A DNA stretch of 64,000 nt from a virus. Positions 48,101 through 54,551 of this stretch are shown one piece after another. The DNA lies in IMG/VR virus record IMGVR_UViG_3300047284_000228, positions 46,787 through 110,786 of that record; one strand, 5' to 3'. The notes under the pieces are model-generated. The model saw only the letters and a program-made list of their open reading frames with translations, was not told the origin of the DNA and did no database searches. Within the stretch, counting starts at the first letter, position 1, and each line of letters starts with the position of its first letter. Made by a program: the position numbers and the translations under genes.

Positions 48101-49917
48101 ACTTTATCAACAACACCATTGAATTTAATAATGCTCCGCCTGCGGGATCTATCATTGAAATTATTTCCATAGGAATCGGCGGTATTCAATTATTAGATTA
48201 TCAGGAATTTGTTGCCGACGGGACAACTAATTTATTTTTAACCAAAGCCTTGTATGAGCAGACATTTTCTATTTTAGTCACAGTAGACGGTCAAGCAGTG
48301 GATGTTGGATTTGCAAACAGCAGCGATTTTATCGAAGCAAGAGACAAAACCTTGGTACAATTTGGAACAGCGCCTGGATTTAGAAAGGTAATAAAGATCA
48401 TCTGCTTTGGTGCATCTGCAGAAACAGATTCTACCTATACTCCGTTTACTAGAGTTAATAGGCAAGCTATCTCTTATGACGGAAGTACTAGGTCATACGA
48501 ACTAGATACGTTTGTGATTTTATCTCAAGCATCTGCTGTTTCTAATATTCTTGTTGAAGTAAACGGAAGAATATTAAACGGAGTCGACAATACATATGTG
48601 GTCTACGATGGCACTAATAATAATATAGAAGTTGGTGTAGACCCAGACGAAGCTATTGGTACTATCGTTTCTGGATCTATCAAGGTTTATATTAATAACG
48701 TACTACAACGATTTGTTATTGATTATACCTACAACGGTAATCAAAATTTAATCAACGTACCGTCTACACGTCTACAAATAGGAGATGTGATCACGGTAAT
48801 TACAGACACTAGGGCAGAATATTTTATCGACAATAATAATATAGTTTTTAGTCCTTCTTTAGCGTTGACTCAGACAGATGAAATCCTAGTGACCTGGTTC
48901 AGCGAATATGCGACTATGAATCTTGTATCTGACGAATATACTGGAGGACAGATAAATTATAAATTAGCTAGACGTCCAGTAGATGTAAATTATCTTTGGG
49001 TTTATAAAAATGGATATCGTCTTACCAAAGACCGAGACTACTATCTCGATCCTGTAAGATCAGTTGTTTATTTTAACGATGTCACTATTAACGCCGATCA
49101 AATAAAAATTGTTCAATTTGGAAACATCGTCTATGAATTGCCTAGGGCATTTGAAATCTATAAGGATATGTTTAACAACTATCATTATAAGAGATATTCC
49201 AAATCAAATAATATCCTATTAGCTAAAGATCTAAGTTACTTTGATACCTCAATGGAACTAACAGACACCACCGGATTATCTATTCCTGATCAACTGAGAA
49301 ACATACCGGGCGTGATCATTATTAACAATGAGAGAATAGAGTATTTTAATATTCAAGGTAATATCATCAGTCAACTACGCAGAGGCTGCCTAGGAACAGC
49401 GATTAAAGAATCGCATGCTGCCGGAAGTTATGTGATCAATGTCGGGGCTGACGACACATTGCCATATTTAGAATCTCAAGAAAAAACAGATCTTGTCAGC
49501 GATGGTAGCAGTTTAATCATAGGACCATTGGATTTTACTCCTAGAAATTCCAACAGATCATCTTGGACACGTATTTCTATTCCCGACAACTATTATCCTT
49601 GCGATGAAATCGAAGTGTTCGTTGGCGGTCGTAGATTGAGAAAAGATTCAGTTAGTTTATATGATCAGACATTAGGAGCTACCAGTCCTACTGCAGATTT
49701 CGTCGAAGAAGCTGAGTTTTCAGTAGATGGGATCACACCGTATGTGAGATTGACAGAAAAAGTTGCTGCAGGAACTAGAATTTCTATTATTCGAAAAGTA
49801 GGAAGAGTTTGGTACGAACGAGGACAAGTAACCGCAAGCAAGGGCGTAAGTTTGTTATCTAACGACACCCCTATAGCTAAATTCATAGCAGCCAAGTCCA
49901 CAGAATTACCAGAATAA
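36160..49917 (+). CDS. Giant (4585 aa) baseplate wedge/structural protein (gp7-like position) with CBM5/12-like, FG-GAP propeller and Ig-like repeats
   Basis: Follows gp6; repeated FG.S/AV.I/VS..G..VVG.P, Y..GD.V.Y..W and GxGY..P.V.I.GxGTGA motifs. Confidence 0.7.
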   Translation: MAQEFFPESGLPIRRTVELLPSIFQTESNSKFLSAVLDPLVQPGTLQKTVGYIGRRYGKTYVPTDIYLDTDNTLRSRYQLEPGVTVKENNRVTSFYDYLDFKNQIKFFGNLEEYDAIVTSQDHYTWTPPIDWDKFVNYREYYWVPAGPPPVTIAGQAQRIVSTYRVALGTGSVFIFTPDGMSNNPTITLYRGQTYKFQVSVPGHGFTIKTNVDIGRLTFDPNRNYTPGELVVFDEKLWKAKTNISSTDGSTIDENSQDWEYVEDVGIASQFDYNTGVTNNGAERGTVTFEVPMNAPDVLFYQSTTDINRVGRFIIADVDTNTKIDVEKEILGKVTYTSSNDVTLTNGMIIYFSGKVSPEKYSNLDDKWLVEGVGKKITLTKFTDLIVSASLSGNNIDEILFDNGGFDTQPFDDATAYPAKKDYLTINRSSVDSNPWSRYNRWFHRSVLDYSHTFNGSSFEATEDSRAKRPIVEFKANLQLFNHGALAKQTVDYIDDFTSDVFSTVEGSSGYLVDGEALFEGARVLVTADTDSLANNQIYVVHFITHNGSKQINLKKAADGDSIINECVLIRRGVKNSGLMYHYNGTTWIKSQEKTSSNQEPLFDLFDDNGVSFSDIDTYPVSTFAGTRILGYQQGSGVVDTELGFSLSYLNIENVGDIKFSYDLDYQDFNYKVLDTRYTKKYKTGFYKFNPDNQYGNGWILLDNEYSQPIIDTTVVDEITDTIVSTAVDWSNVQESQIRKIVFYKNGIRSRVSWQRQDNRFIFEEKFQVNDTVTIKIFADLDPATGYYELPLGLEKNPLNDEIESFTLGQASDHVLTGLDLTDNFEGLFPGKNNLRDLDDFQNRCNRFLKHSNVSPLSVLSLCDKEVNIIKSIQYAKKAYTDFKNTFIDLAYNLYSDQEPRDFVDQILEEISKSQNSSRPFSESDMVGSGAFTSIDYTVEDTGIKTFALSSKFDLDTLSSRAVYVYRNGVQLLHGTQYEFNSTFGFINLTIELAEGDEIQIREYVSSYSNYIPPTPTKLGLYKKYTPMKYLDDTFISPREVIQGHDGSLTASYGDFRDDLLLELEYRIYNNIKQKYDENIFDNDLVLGGYYGNSLYDKPSVDSIVSLEFLKWIADTNIDYINNLYFDSEESFTYTYSNMTDPTGTKNLPGYWRGVYKWFYDTDRPHLCPWEMLGFSEKPTWWESEYGPAPYTKNNLILWEDLRDGIIRHGNRAGTYKRYQRPSLIGHIPVDGDGNLVSPLNSGLATNFTLFNNQGSFDLGSVAPVEAAWRSSSEWPFAYIIALCLLKPFEYITDNYNKSEIGLNVLGQTINKNTGTFSTISDIIFENSSTKIVSGLVNYVADYLKSKTTPIDVLKDKITHIDVNLSTRLSGFVDQSQQKYLLDSKNPNSSTSNIFIPQENYDIIFNVSSPIFSLVYSGVILEKTTQGWRLQGYDNKNPFFYYYEALTSQSDPIISVGGVSESFLNWSEEKFYGNGVVVKYNNNYYRSLSSHTSTTVFDKTLWKQLPDLPLKNAVQAFRRNKFNRLSLRKMPYGRIMSRIQEVVDFLLGYQEYLISIGFVFDGYDAATQSTADWFTSVKEFMFWTKHNWSNGSLLTLSPSAAKITAEVSIGVADNFLDSFYDYQILREDGTPLQPNFINVARDHKQLVLSTVDTNAGIYFMRANFVLKEHVTVFDDRTVFNDVIYDKPTGYRQMRIKSRGFRTVDWDGDYTSPGFIFDNVKIETWRPFTDYRLGDIVAYKSYYWVSKQNQLGSENIDETKWSKLDSVPTKGLVSNFDYRISQFGDYYEVEADGVGSSQRDLARHAIGYQSREYLQALAEDEVSQFRIYQGFIREKGTANSIVKVFDKLSRSKDDSIVLNEEWAFKIGEFGGTDQTKEVEFLITKDSLVINPQPVLVVSSKSNVIVDQNLRIDPSMFTIRSKTFTTDINPVEFYKGTSRSAGYVHKSDVDYVAANRDGILDIDISQVNDGAHIWITFDRYTWTVLRYNEELSLRIVAVEKVDSDVRVTTNRSHNLSVNDIVGITKVLNLTGFYKIKSLTANTFTVTPTSTDNPEIEDSTHAVIGLLTEAKFDNYSNLDPQLLAMLQNGARLWINDNGSEQWEVIEKTKQYKSYELEDYGITAPLNLGSTVLYVEQRKHVITSIPTSNFVMVYSDRSGINGSLLLNQIIPPADGFDTAVNDVFGQVLAVSPDGLWLAVGTPMASAVPSKFRGELTSSSYLAGDVVLHRGKLWEAVNNIDSGDGSTINFTTEDWQPATLVEASAVGLGTGYVNQGMVSLYKFQNGQWENQINIVSPRPRTYELFGSDIKIAVSGSRYTMAVSAKGSLCDTQIGPSTGKGRVYLYEFDGVEWKHYENSNYLGIYGPYDPIVSPYTEYPAGSIVWSEGSLWQAIADNIYDGSSITLNSTDWIRLDQIATDNSLPTNVSLDDDGSTLALGLLNESQLAELVKDGDQFGHSLAMSRDGSILVVGIPNGDAQYFANYKGIWSPYQQYVSGDVVRYQDSYHILLDDNSLDGSSNTSLNERPDEGEPWSNVGDSSVTSTGKIFIYQKNSLGVYDLIQTIAASNLNDINDSTVADAEISSGDQFGYAVDIDASGTTIVVSSPLADIIKQNQGAVYVFKKTGAAEVQFRLSQKLQSFESYTNEYFGSSVSISAATERVVVGAKNSGYDLITTFDSGSTTFDSRRTSYSTRLGYPGQVYVFERKDQGYLLAEKLEADFVSFESFGHAVDCTSSVVVVGSPTYKVEDIEVGMIRLFKKDPSVNSLKIIRQQTAQVDLDAIKNIEIYDDKKNVKLADLDIVDHFKLKTLSLADQDIRYKTVYDPAIYMVGDDTVTIDESQAWFEDQVGEVWWDLDSVKFLNYEQDDLSYRVGNWNAQVEGSRVDVYEWVETPLLPSEWSILADTVEGLAEGISGQPKNADDTVYNVKILTNPSTGNPTNTLYYYWVKNKTTLPTNADRRMSVASISSYISNPIGTGIPFVAILDTDKFAFYNFKSVLNSDTAKINIEFNLAKTNINPVHKEYQLLTEGVADSLPADSLERKWLDSLVGFDDAGNTVPDFNLSENQRYGLSFRPRQTMFVNRAKALRIAIDNINSVLETRPFTDLINFVNLNSTDPLPSEELNEYDIAVDEYIDLEQVGTAKIKSAEFRANIINGRIDTIDIVDPGFGYRTVPFIEIEGTGTGAKAAVTLDSQGRVVSCTVLIKGKKYTSAIVKIRPFTVLVRNDSTDKNFWSLYGWDQLRKIFYRRKSQGFNTSLYWEYIDWWTENFDEKSKIFKEINYFYEEPSVNILTGSLLRVKEYGSGGWAVLQKTEKGQGSILENYNLVGRQNGTIRIKETLYDAVTASLGYDNIGPYDSVLYDLQPIKELRSILKAVKEDIFVDDLSVEWNKLFFSSVKYSYAEQQYIDWAFKTSFLNAIHNVGDLDQRPNYKNDNLDQFRSYIEEVKPYRTTVREYTSRYTEKNNYGSALTDFDLPAAWSVRDGKILPVSSSYNRFDEYPWKSWLENNGFSIIEIAVSKPGSGYKTPPKVLIEGNGTGASATAFISSGKVSGIRVDNPGIGYTKTPTILLVGGNGTSQDVAKASAILGNTKIRSFDLGIKFDRIAKQGLYNTFTTSQTFTATGYSAVFNLNYAPSIDKTKISIIKNNQLVLPNEYEINLYKTDEGGFTLLKGKIRFFIAPAAGDVIVVDYEKNDEILDSINRIEKYYSPTAGMIGKEINQLMTGIDYGGVQIQGTTFDVTGGWDALPWFTDNWDSVESNSDFYYVADGSTTFVVLPYVPENNQPISIYLKRVYENRPTRIDDPYFLEYDGSTPQPNGRVTVPDTALIPTFIGDGSTNIVEIHDYISTSPGDTLIFRKLESDGSVTITDVNLLDTRISGGSLSAIGGAYVTAAGLTPEEIVIDGDKFVTPENTPAPEENLPGQVLDSLSFKVFTITSPGASALQNKVLIGDGQTLVYDIGLTIFEASSVMVYVDKIKQEYVGDSSVSYSINFINNTIEFNNAPPAGSIIEIISIGIGGIQLLDYQEFVADGTTNLFLTKALYEQTFSILVTVDGQAVDVGFANSSDFIEARDKTLVQFGTAPGFRKVIKIICFGASAETDSTYTPFTRVNRQAISYDGSTRSYELDTFVILSQASAVSNILVEVNGRILNGVDNTYVVYDGTNNNIEVGVDPDEAIGTIVSGSIKVYINNVLQRFVIDYTYNGNQNLINVPSTRLQIGDVITVITDTRAEYFIDNNNIVFSPSLALTQTDEILVTWFSEYATMNLVSDEYTGGQINYKLARRPVDVNYLWVYKNGYRLTKDRDYYLDPVRSVVYFNDVTINADQIKIVQFGNIVYELPRAFEIYKDMFNNYHYKRYSKSNNILLAKDLSYFDTSMELTDTTGLSIPDQLRNIPGVIIINNERIEYFNIQGNIISQLRRGCLGTAIKESHAAGSYVINVGADDTLPYLESQEKTDLVSDGSSLIIGPLDFTPRNSNRSSWTRISIPDNYYPCDEIEVFVGGRRLRKDSVSLYDQTLGATSPTADFVEEAEFSVDGITPYVRLTEKVAAGTRISIIRKVGRVWYERGQVTASKGVSLLSNDTPIAKFIAAKSTELPE

Positions 49918-49920
49918 ATA
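49915..49920 (+). promoter_or_regulatory. Late promoter motif TAAATA overlapping the stop codon
   Basis: 7 nt upstream of ATG 49928; no SD. Confidence 0.55.
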
Positions 49921-49927
49921 TACTATT

Positions 49928-50599
49928 ATGACAAAGCCAGAGACAAATATGCCCAAAATTAAAGAATCGGAACAAGCGAAAAGCACCGAAAAACGCCCTA
50001 ACGAAGTCGGAGGATTCCACTTTGAAGGGCATATTAAGATTTTCGATCCAAACACCAAAGAAGTTTTTATAGATAAACGTAATGCTATCCATTACGAAAA
50101 TATGAGTATAGCTATGGTAAACGCCTTATCTAATCAAGGACAGGGTACTATCTACGAAATGGTGTTTGGCAATGGCGGAACTACAGTAGATCCGACCGGG
50201 TTGATCACATATCTAACTCCTAACACCGTAGGAATCAACACAAGTTTATATAATCAAACTTATAATAAAATCGTTGATCAAAATGCAGACGAAAACATAG
50301 ACCCTGTTAGAAACAAAATGGAAATCCGACATATCAGCGGAGCGACCTATAGTGATATATTAATTTCTTGTATTTTAGACTACGGTGAGCCCGACGGTCA
50401 AGAAGCATTTGATAATAGTCAAACAATGAACGGAGATTTTGTTTTTGATGAACTAGGATTAAAATCTTTTAATCCTAACGGCGACGGAAAACTGCTGACA
50501 CATGTCATCTTTCATCCTGTACAGAAATCTTTAAATCGTTTAATACAAATAGATTATACGATTAGAATTCAAAGTTTAACAAGTTTTGCTGAGGTATAA
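49928..50599 (+). CDS. Baseplate/tail-fibre attachment protein
   Basis: M.FGNGG, FDELGL and LLTHVIFHPVQKS..IDYTIRI motifs; lies between wedge and fibre genes. Confidence 0.6.
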   Translation: MTKPETNMPKIKESEQAKSTEKRPNEVGGFHFEGHIKIFDPNTKEVFIDKRNAIHYENMSIAMVNALSNQGQGTIYEMVFGNGGTTVDPTGLITYLTPNTVGINTSLYNQTYNKIVDQNADENIDPVRNKMEIRHISGATYSDILISCILDYGEPDGQEAFDNSQTMNGDFVFDELGLKSFNPNGDGKLLTHVIFHPVQKSLNRLIQIDYTIRIQSLTSFAEV

Positions 50600-50601
50600 A
50601 G

Positions 50602-52677
50602 ATGCCATATATTGTAAACTTTACAGATAAAGATAATAAGTTACCGATTACGGTATATGATAACACCTCTAGTACGGATACTAGTCTTACATTTCCGGGA
50701 AGAAACGTAACAGGATACGGCCAGACTATCGCCGAAAACTTTTTAGCTGTACTAGAAAATTTCGCTAAAAGCACTCCGCCAGTAAATCCGGTTGAGGGAC
50801 AGTTGTGGTACGATTCTTCAGAAGCAGTCTCCTCGCTACAGGTGTTTGATGGCACCACTTGGAAAGCAGCATCTCAGATACAAAAAAGTGTTGTAGAACC
50901 TGCAGTGGCATCTTCCAAGGTCGGAGAATTATGGGTTGACACTACTAATCAACAGTTATATGTGTTCTCCGGAACACGATGGATTCTAGTAGGACCTAAT
51001 TTTTCCACAGGGTTAAGAAGTGGTCCTTTGGTCGAACAAATCATAGATTCTGATAATATCGCTCGAGTTGTTTTAACCTTTTACATAGAAGATATTCCAG
51101 TTATTATATTCAGTAAGGATAGTTTTACTCCTAAGGTTTCAGTAAACGGTTTCATTACTATTCGTTCTGGTATGAACTTAACCAGTAATGAAATTGGTAC
51201 AGGCGGTCTCGATACTAAAATCTGGGGAACTAATACATCTGCTGAGTCATTAACAATCAATAATGTAGAAATAGCAGCCAGTAAATTTTTACGTTCGGAT
51301 GTGGTAAACACAACCGAATTCGGTATTAACGTTAGAAATAACCAAGGTATCACTTTGGGAGTTAATGGAACTTTTAGTATTTCTAACAGTGACATAGCAG
51401 GAAAGATTTATAATTCTAGTCCCGGTTCTAGCATCGATCTTCAAATTAATAGAGATGGAATTCCAAATACCATTCTAAGAGTTTTAGAAAACACAGTTGG
51501 TATCAACGTACAGGCACCAACAGAAGCTTTAGATGTTGATGGTAATATTAAGTCTAACGGCGCTATTATTTTAACAGATACAACTGCAAGCACGAATTTT
51601 GAAAACGGAACGTTTATAACTGCTGGTGGAGCTGCTATTGCTAAAAATTTACTAGTCGGTGATGGAATCAAGGTTACCGGAGTATCCGAATTTAACAATG
51701 TTCAACCAGAATTTACTGACACACATGATTTAGGTTCAGATTTGAAAAGGTGGAAAACTGTACGTGCTAAAACTGTAATAGCTGAAACTCTTGAGGGGGT
51801 TTTATCTGGAAACATTACAGGAAACTCGGCAACATCTACTAACCTTAAATTTGTTACCACATTCAAAATGGAGGGTGACGTTACCTCTCCTAGCTTTACC
51901 TTTGATGGACAAGTAGGCGGATTAACAAAAACTTTTAATACTACGCTAACCTCTGCGCTGATTAGTTCTAAAAACGAACCTCTGCCAAATCTATCAAAAA
52001 AGAACGACTATGTGTTAGTCTACAGATCATCAGAGGGACTATTAAAACAAACTAGAAATACGTTTGTAGGAGACCTTGCAGTTCCTATTGGAGGAATATT
52101 ACCTTATGCGGGCACAGAAGCCCCCTATGGTTATCTACTCTGCGATGGTAGTGAAATTGAAAAATCGAAATTTCCAGATTTGTTTGACGTTCTAGGAACG
52201 AGATATAATACTGTATCTTTAAATGGTGTAGGAACATTTAGGTTACCTGATCTTAGAGGTAGATTTCCTCTGGGCAAGGATAACATGGATAATAACAATA
52301 CTGTTCCTAACTCATTGGGTAGCTATATTGATGCAGGCGGCGGAAACATAGACAGAGTCGCGGGTACAGCACCGGACAATCTAGGAGACAGTGGAGGACA
52401 AAGTTCGAACATCTTAACAACCAGCAACTTGCCAGAACACGAGCATAATATGAAAGGATCCACAGGACAACAATATTATGCAACACGAGTAGATAGTTCT
52501 ATTCCTAGTGATACTGGATCTTTGTCTGAAAGAGGTCCAACAACGGTTGGACAGAGTCAATATATACCTTCATCGGGGGGAGTAAAGACTTCTGCGGCGC
52601 TGGGACAAGCATTTTCGGTTATGAATCCGTTCTTAACATTGAACTACATTATTCGTTCAGGCCCACCGGCATTCTAA
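50602..52677 (+). CDS. Tail fibre protein with tail-collar domain (short-fibre-like)
   Basis: Shared fibre N-terminus; PIGGILPYAG..P.GYLLCDG..LF.VLG..Y..FRLPDLRGRF collar; LPEH.H..MNPFL.LNYII tip. Confidence 0.85.
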   Translation: MPYIVNFTDKDNKLPITVYDNTSSTDTSLTFPGRNVTGYGQTIAENFLAVLENFAKSTPPVNPVEGQLWYDSSEAVSSLQVFDGTTWKAASQIQKSVVEPAVASSKVGELWVDTTNQQLYVFSGTRWILVGPNFSTGLRSGPLVEQIIDSDNIARVVLTFYIEDIPVIIFSKDSFTPKVSVNGFITIRSGMNLTSNEIGTGGLDTKIWGTNTSAESLTINNVEIAASKFLRSDVVNTTEFGINVRNNQGITLGVNGTFSISNSDIAGKIYNSSPGSSIDLQINRDGIPNTILRVLENTVGINVQAPTEALDVDGNIKSNGAIILTDTTASTNFENGTFITAGGAAIAKNLLVGDGIKVTGVSEFNNVQPEFTDTHDLGSDLKRWKTVRAKTVIAETLEGVLSGNITGNSATSTNLKFVTTFKMEGDVTSPSFTFDGQVGGLTKTFNTTLTSALISSKNEPLPNLSKKNDYVLVYRSSEGLLKQTRNTFVGDLAVPIGGILPYAGTEAPYGYLLCDGSEIEKSKFPDLFDVLGTRYNTVSLNGVGTFRLPDLRGRFPLGKDNMDNNNTVPNSLGSYIDAGGGNIDRVAGTAPDNLGDSGGQSSNILTTSNLPEHEHNMKGSTGQQYYATRVDSSIPSDTGSLSERGPTTVGQSQYIPSSGGVKTSAALGQAFSVMNPFLTLNYIIRSGPPAF

Positions 52678-52687
52678 GGTACTTAAT

Positions 52688-54526
52688 ATGGCATATACAA
52701 TTAATAAAACAGATGGAACAATATTAGCAACGGTCGCAGACGGACAGGTCGATAATCTTTCTTCTGACATAACTCTTATAGGAAAAAACTACAGCGGGTT
52801 CGGCGAATCATTAAATGAAAATTTAATCAAGATATTAGAAAACTTTTCTAATTCGGCAGCACCGACTCACCCCATACGAGGCCAGATCTGGTTTGATACT
52901 TCTGAATTAAAACTTAAAGTGTACAACGGTAATGGTTTTGTTCCTGTAAGTTCAGCTACAATTTCTAGTTCGCAGCCGCTCACACTAGGTGTGGGAGATA
53001 TGTGGTTTAATGATGTAGATAAACAGTTATATTTCTTTGATGGTACAAATACGATCCTATTAGGCCCTGATTATTCAGCAAGTCAAGGACTTAGTGGTCT
53101 TAAGGTATCAAACATACTTGATACACTAAATCAAAACAGAGTTATTACTTTACTCTACACTAATGGAATTCTTTTAGGAATATTTTCTAAAGATACATTC
53201 ACTCCAAAATTACCTATAGAAGGATTCAGTGGAAATATACAACCAGGTTTCAATTCTGGAACACTAGCCGGTCTAAAATTTAATGTTACAGCGACTAATG
53301 CAGAACAACTAGGTAATCAGCCGGCCAGTGCTTATGTTCGAAACGATACTTCGAATATTATTAACGGACAGATTATTATTTCTTCCAATCTTGGAGTTAT
53401 CATCGGTGATGCCAACCAAGGACAGTTTCAAGTTCAAGATGGTAACTTGATCATCGCGAATATTGCTTCGAACAAGAATATGGTTCTTAACGTTAGAAGA
53501 GACGTTATTGCTGAACCTGCTTTTGAAATTGAATCTTTGCCTAGACGTGTTAACATATATGAGGATTATCCAGACAGTGAAGTCTTTATGGGGGGAAGCC
53601 TTACAGTTGACGGCGATCTAACAGTAAACGGTGATATGATCACTGTCAATACTAGCACCGTAACAATTGAAGATAAAAATTTAGTTTTAGCAAAACAGAC
53701 CGGTATAACTCCTACAGATGCGAATGCCGCAGGCGGCGGCCTTATTTTACAAGGTGCATCAAGTCATGTGATCTTATGGCACGATGTTGGACAGGCAGCA
53801 ACATCGGCTTCATCAGAAGCCTTATCTGCTGGTTATAATGATTCTCTCCCTGCACTAGCAAGTCAGGCATGGACCAGCACAGAACATTTTAACCTTGCAT
53901 CCGGTAAAGAATTTAAAATCAATGGAGTAACTGTTCTTTCTTCGACATCTTTAGGAGCAGGAATCACAAGCATTCCTGGGGTAACATCTTTTGGTCCGCA
54001 GACACAGTTTACAGTTGATAATATTTTTATGGATGGAAATACTATCCAAGTCACTGCTGCTAACACTGATCTAGTTCTTAACATAAATGGTACAGGAACG
54101 TTAAATTTAGGCAGTAAGAAAATTTCAAATGTATCGGATCCTACAACAGCACAGGACGCAGCTACAAAAGAATATGTCGATAACGTTACACAGACTAGAT
54201 CTTTGGCCTTTACTTTTGATATTTCGGACGGTATTTCGAATTCTGGAATCGCAGCATGGATAGAACAAATAGCACCTGTTGCTGAATATAGAAACGGAAC
54301 AGTAGCTAGAGTATTATGTTCATTGCTAGTAAACAATTCGACTAATTTAGAAATTAATCCGTTAACCGCAACAAGTTCTACAGAATTTGTCACTCCAACA
54401 GGAACAGCTTTCGGTTTGAATAACATCAGTTTTTCAACTGCTACCATCGCTGCTCCTAGCCTTTCTGTTTCGAGAATTGTTAAGACCTATCAAATTATCA
54501 GCGGTGCATGGACGTTTATATCATGA
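52688..54526 (+). CDS. Tail fibre protein
   Basis: Shared N-terminus (GKNY.G.GE..NEN...LENF..P..P..GQ.W.D); DPT.AQDAATK.YVD motif. Confidence 0.75.
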   Translation: MAYTINKTDGTILATVADGQVDNLSSDITLIGKNYSGFGESLNENLIKILENFSNSAAPTHPIRGQIWFDTSELKLKVYNGNGFVPVSSATISSSQPLTLGVGDMWFNDVDKQLYFFDGTNTILLGPDYSASQGLSGLKVSNILDTLNQNRVITLLYTNGILLGIFSKDTFTPKLPIEGFSGNIQPGFNSGTLAGLKFNVTATNAEQLGNQPASAYVRNDTSNIINGQIIISSNLGVIIGDANQGQFQVQDGNLIIANIASNKNMVLNVRRDVIAEPAFEIESLPRRVNIYEDYPDSEVFMGGSLTVDGDLTVNGDMITVNTSTVTIEDKNLVLAKQTGITPTDANAAGGGLILQGASSHVILWHDVGQAATSASSEALSAGYNDSLPALASQAWTSTEHFNLASGKEFKINGVTVLSSTSLGAGITSIPGVTSFGPQTQFTVDNIFMDGNTIQVTAANTDLVLNINGTGTLNLGSKKISNVSDPTTAQDAATKEYVDNVTQTRSLAFTFDISDGISNSGIAAWIEQIAPVAEYRNGTVARVLCSLLVNNSTNLEINPLTATSSTEFVTPTGTAFGLNNISFSTATIAAPSLSVSRIVKTYQIISGAWTFIS

Positions 54527-54530
54527 TTAG

Positions 54531-54536
54531 TAAATA
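54531..54536 (+). promoter_or_regulatory. Late promoter motif TAAATA
   Basis: Upstream of 54552. Confidence 0.55.
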
Positions 54537-54551
54537 TTCAAGGGGCGATGT

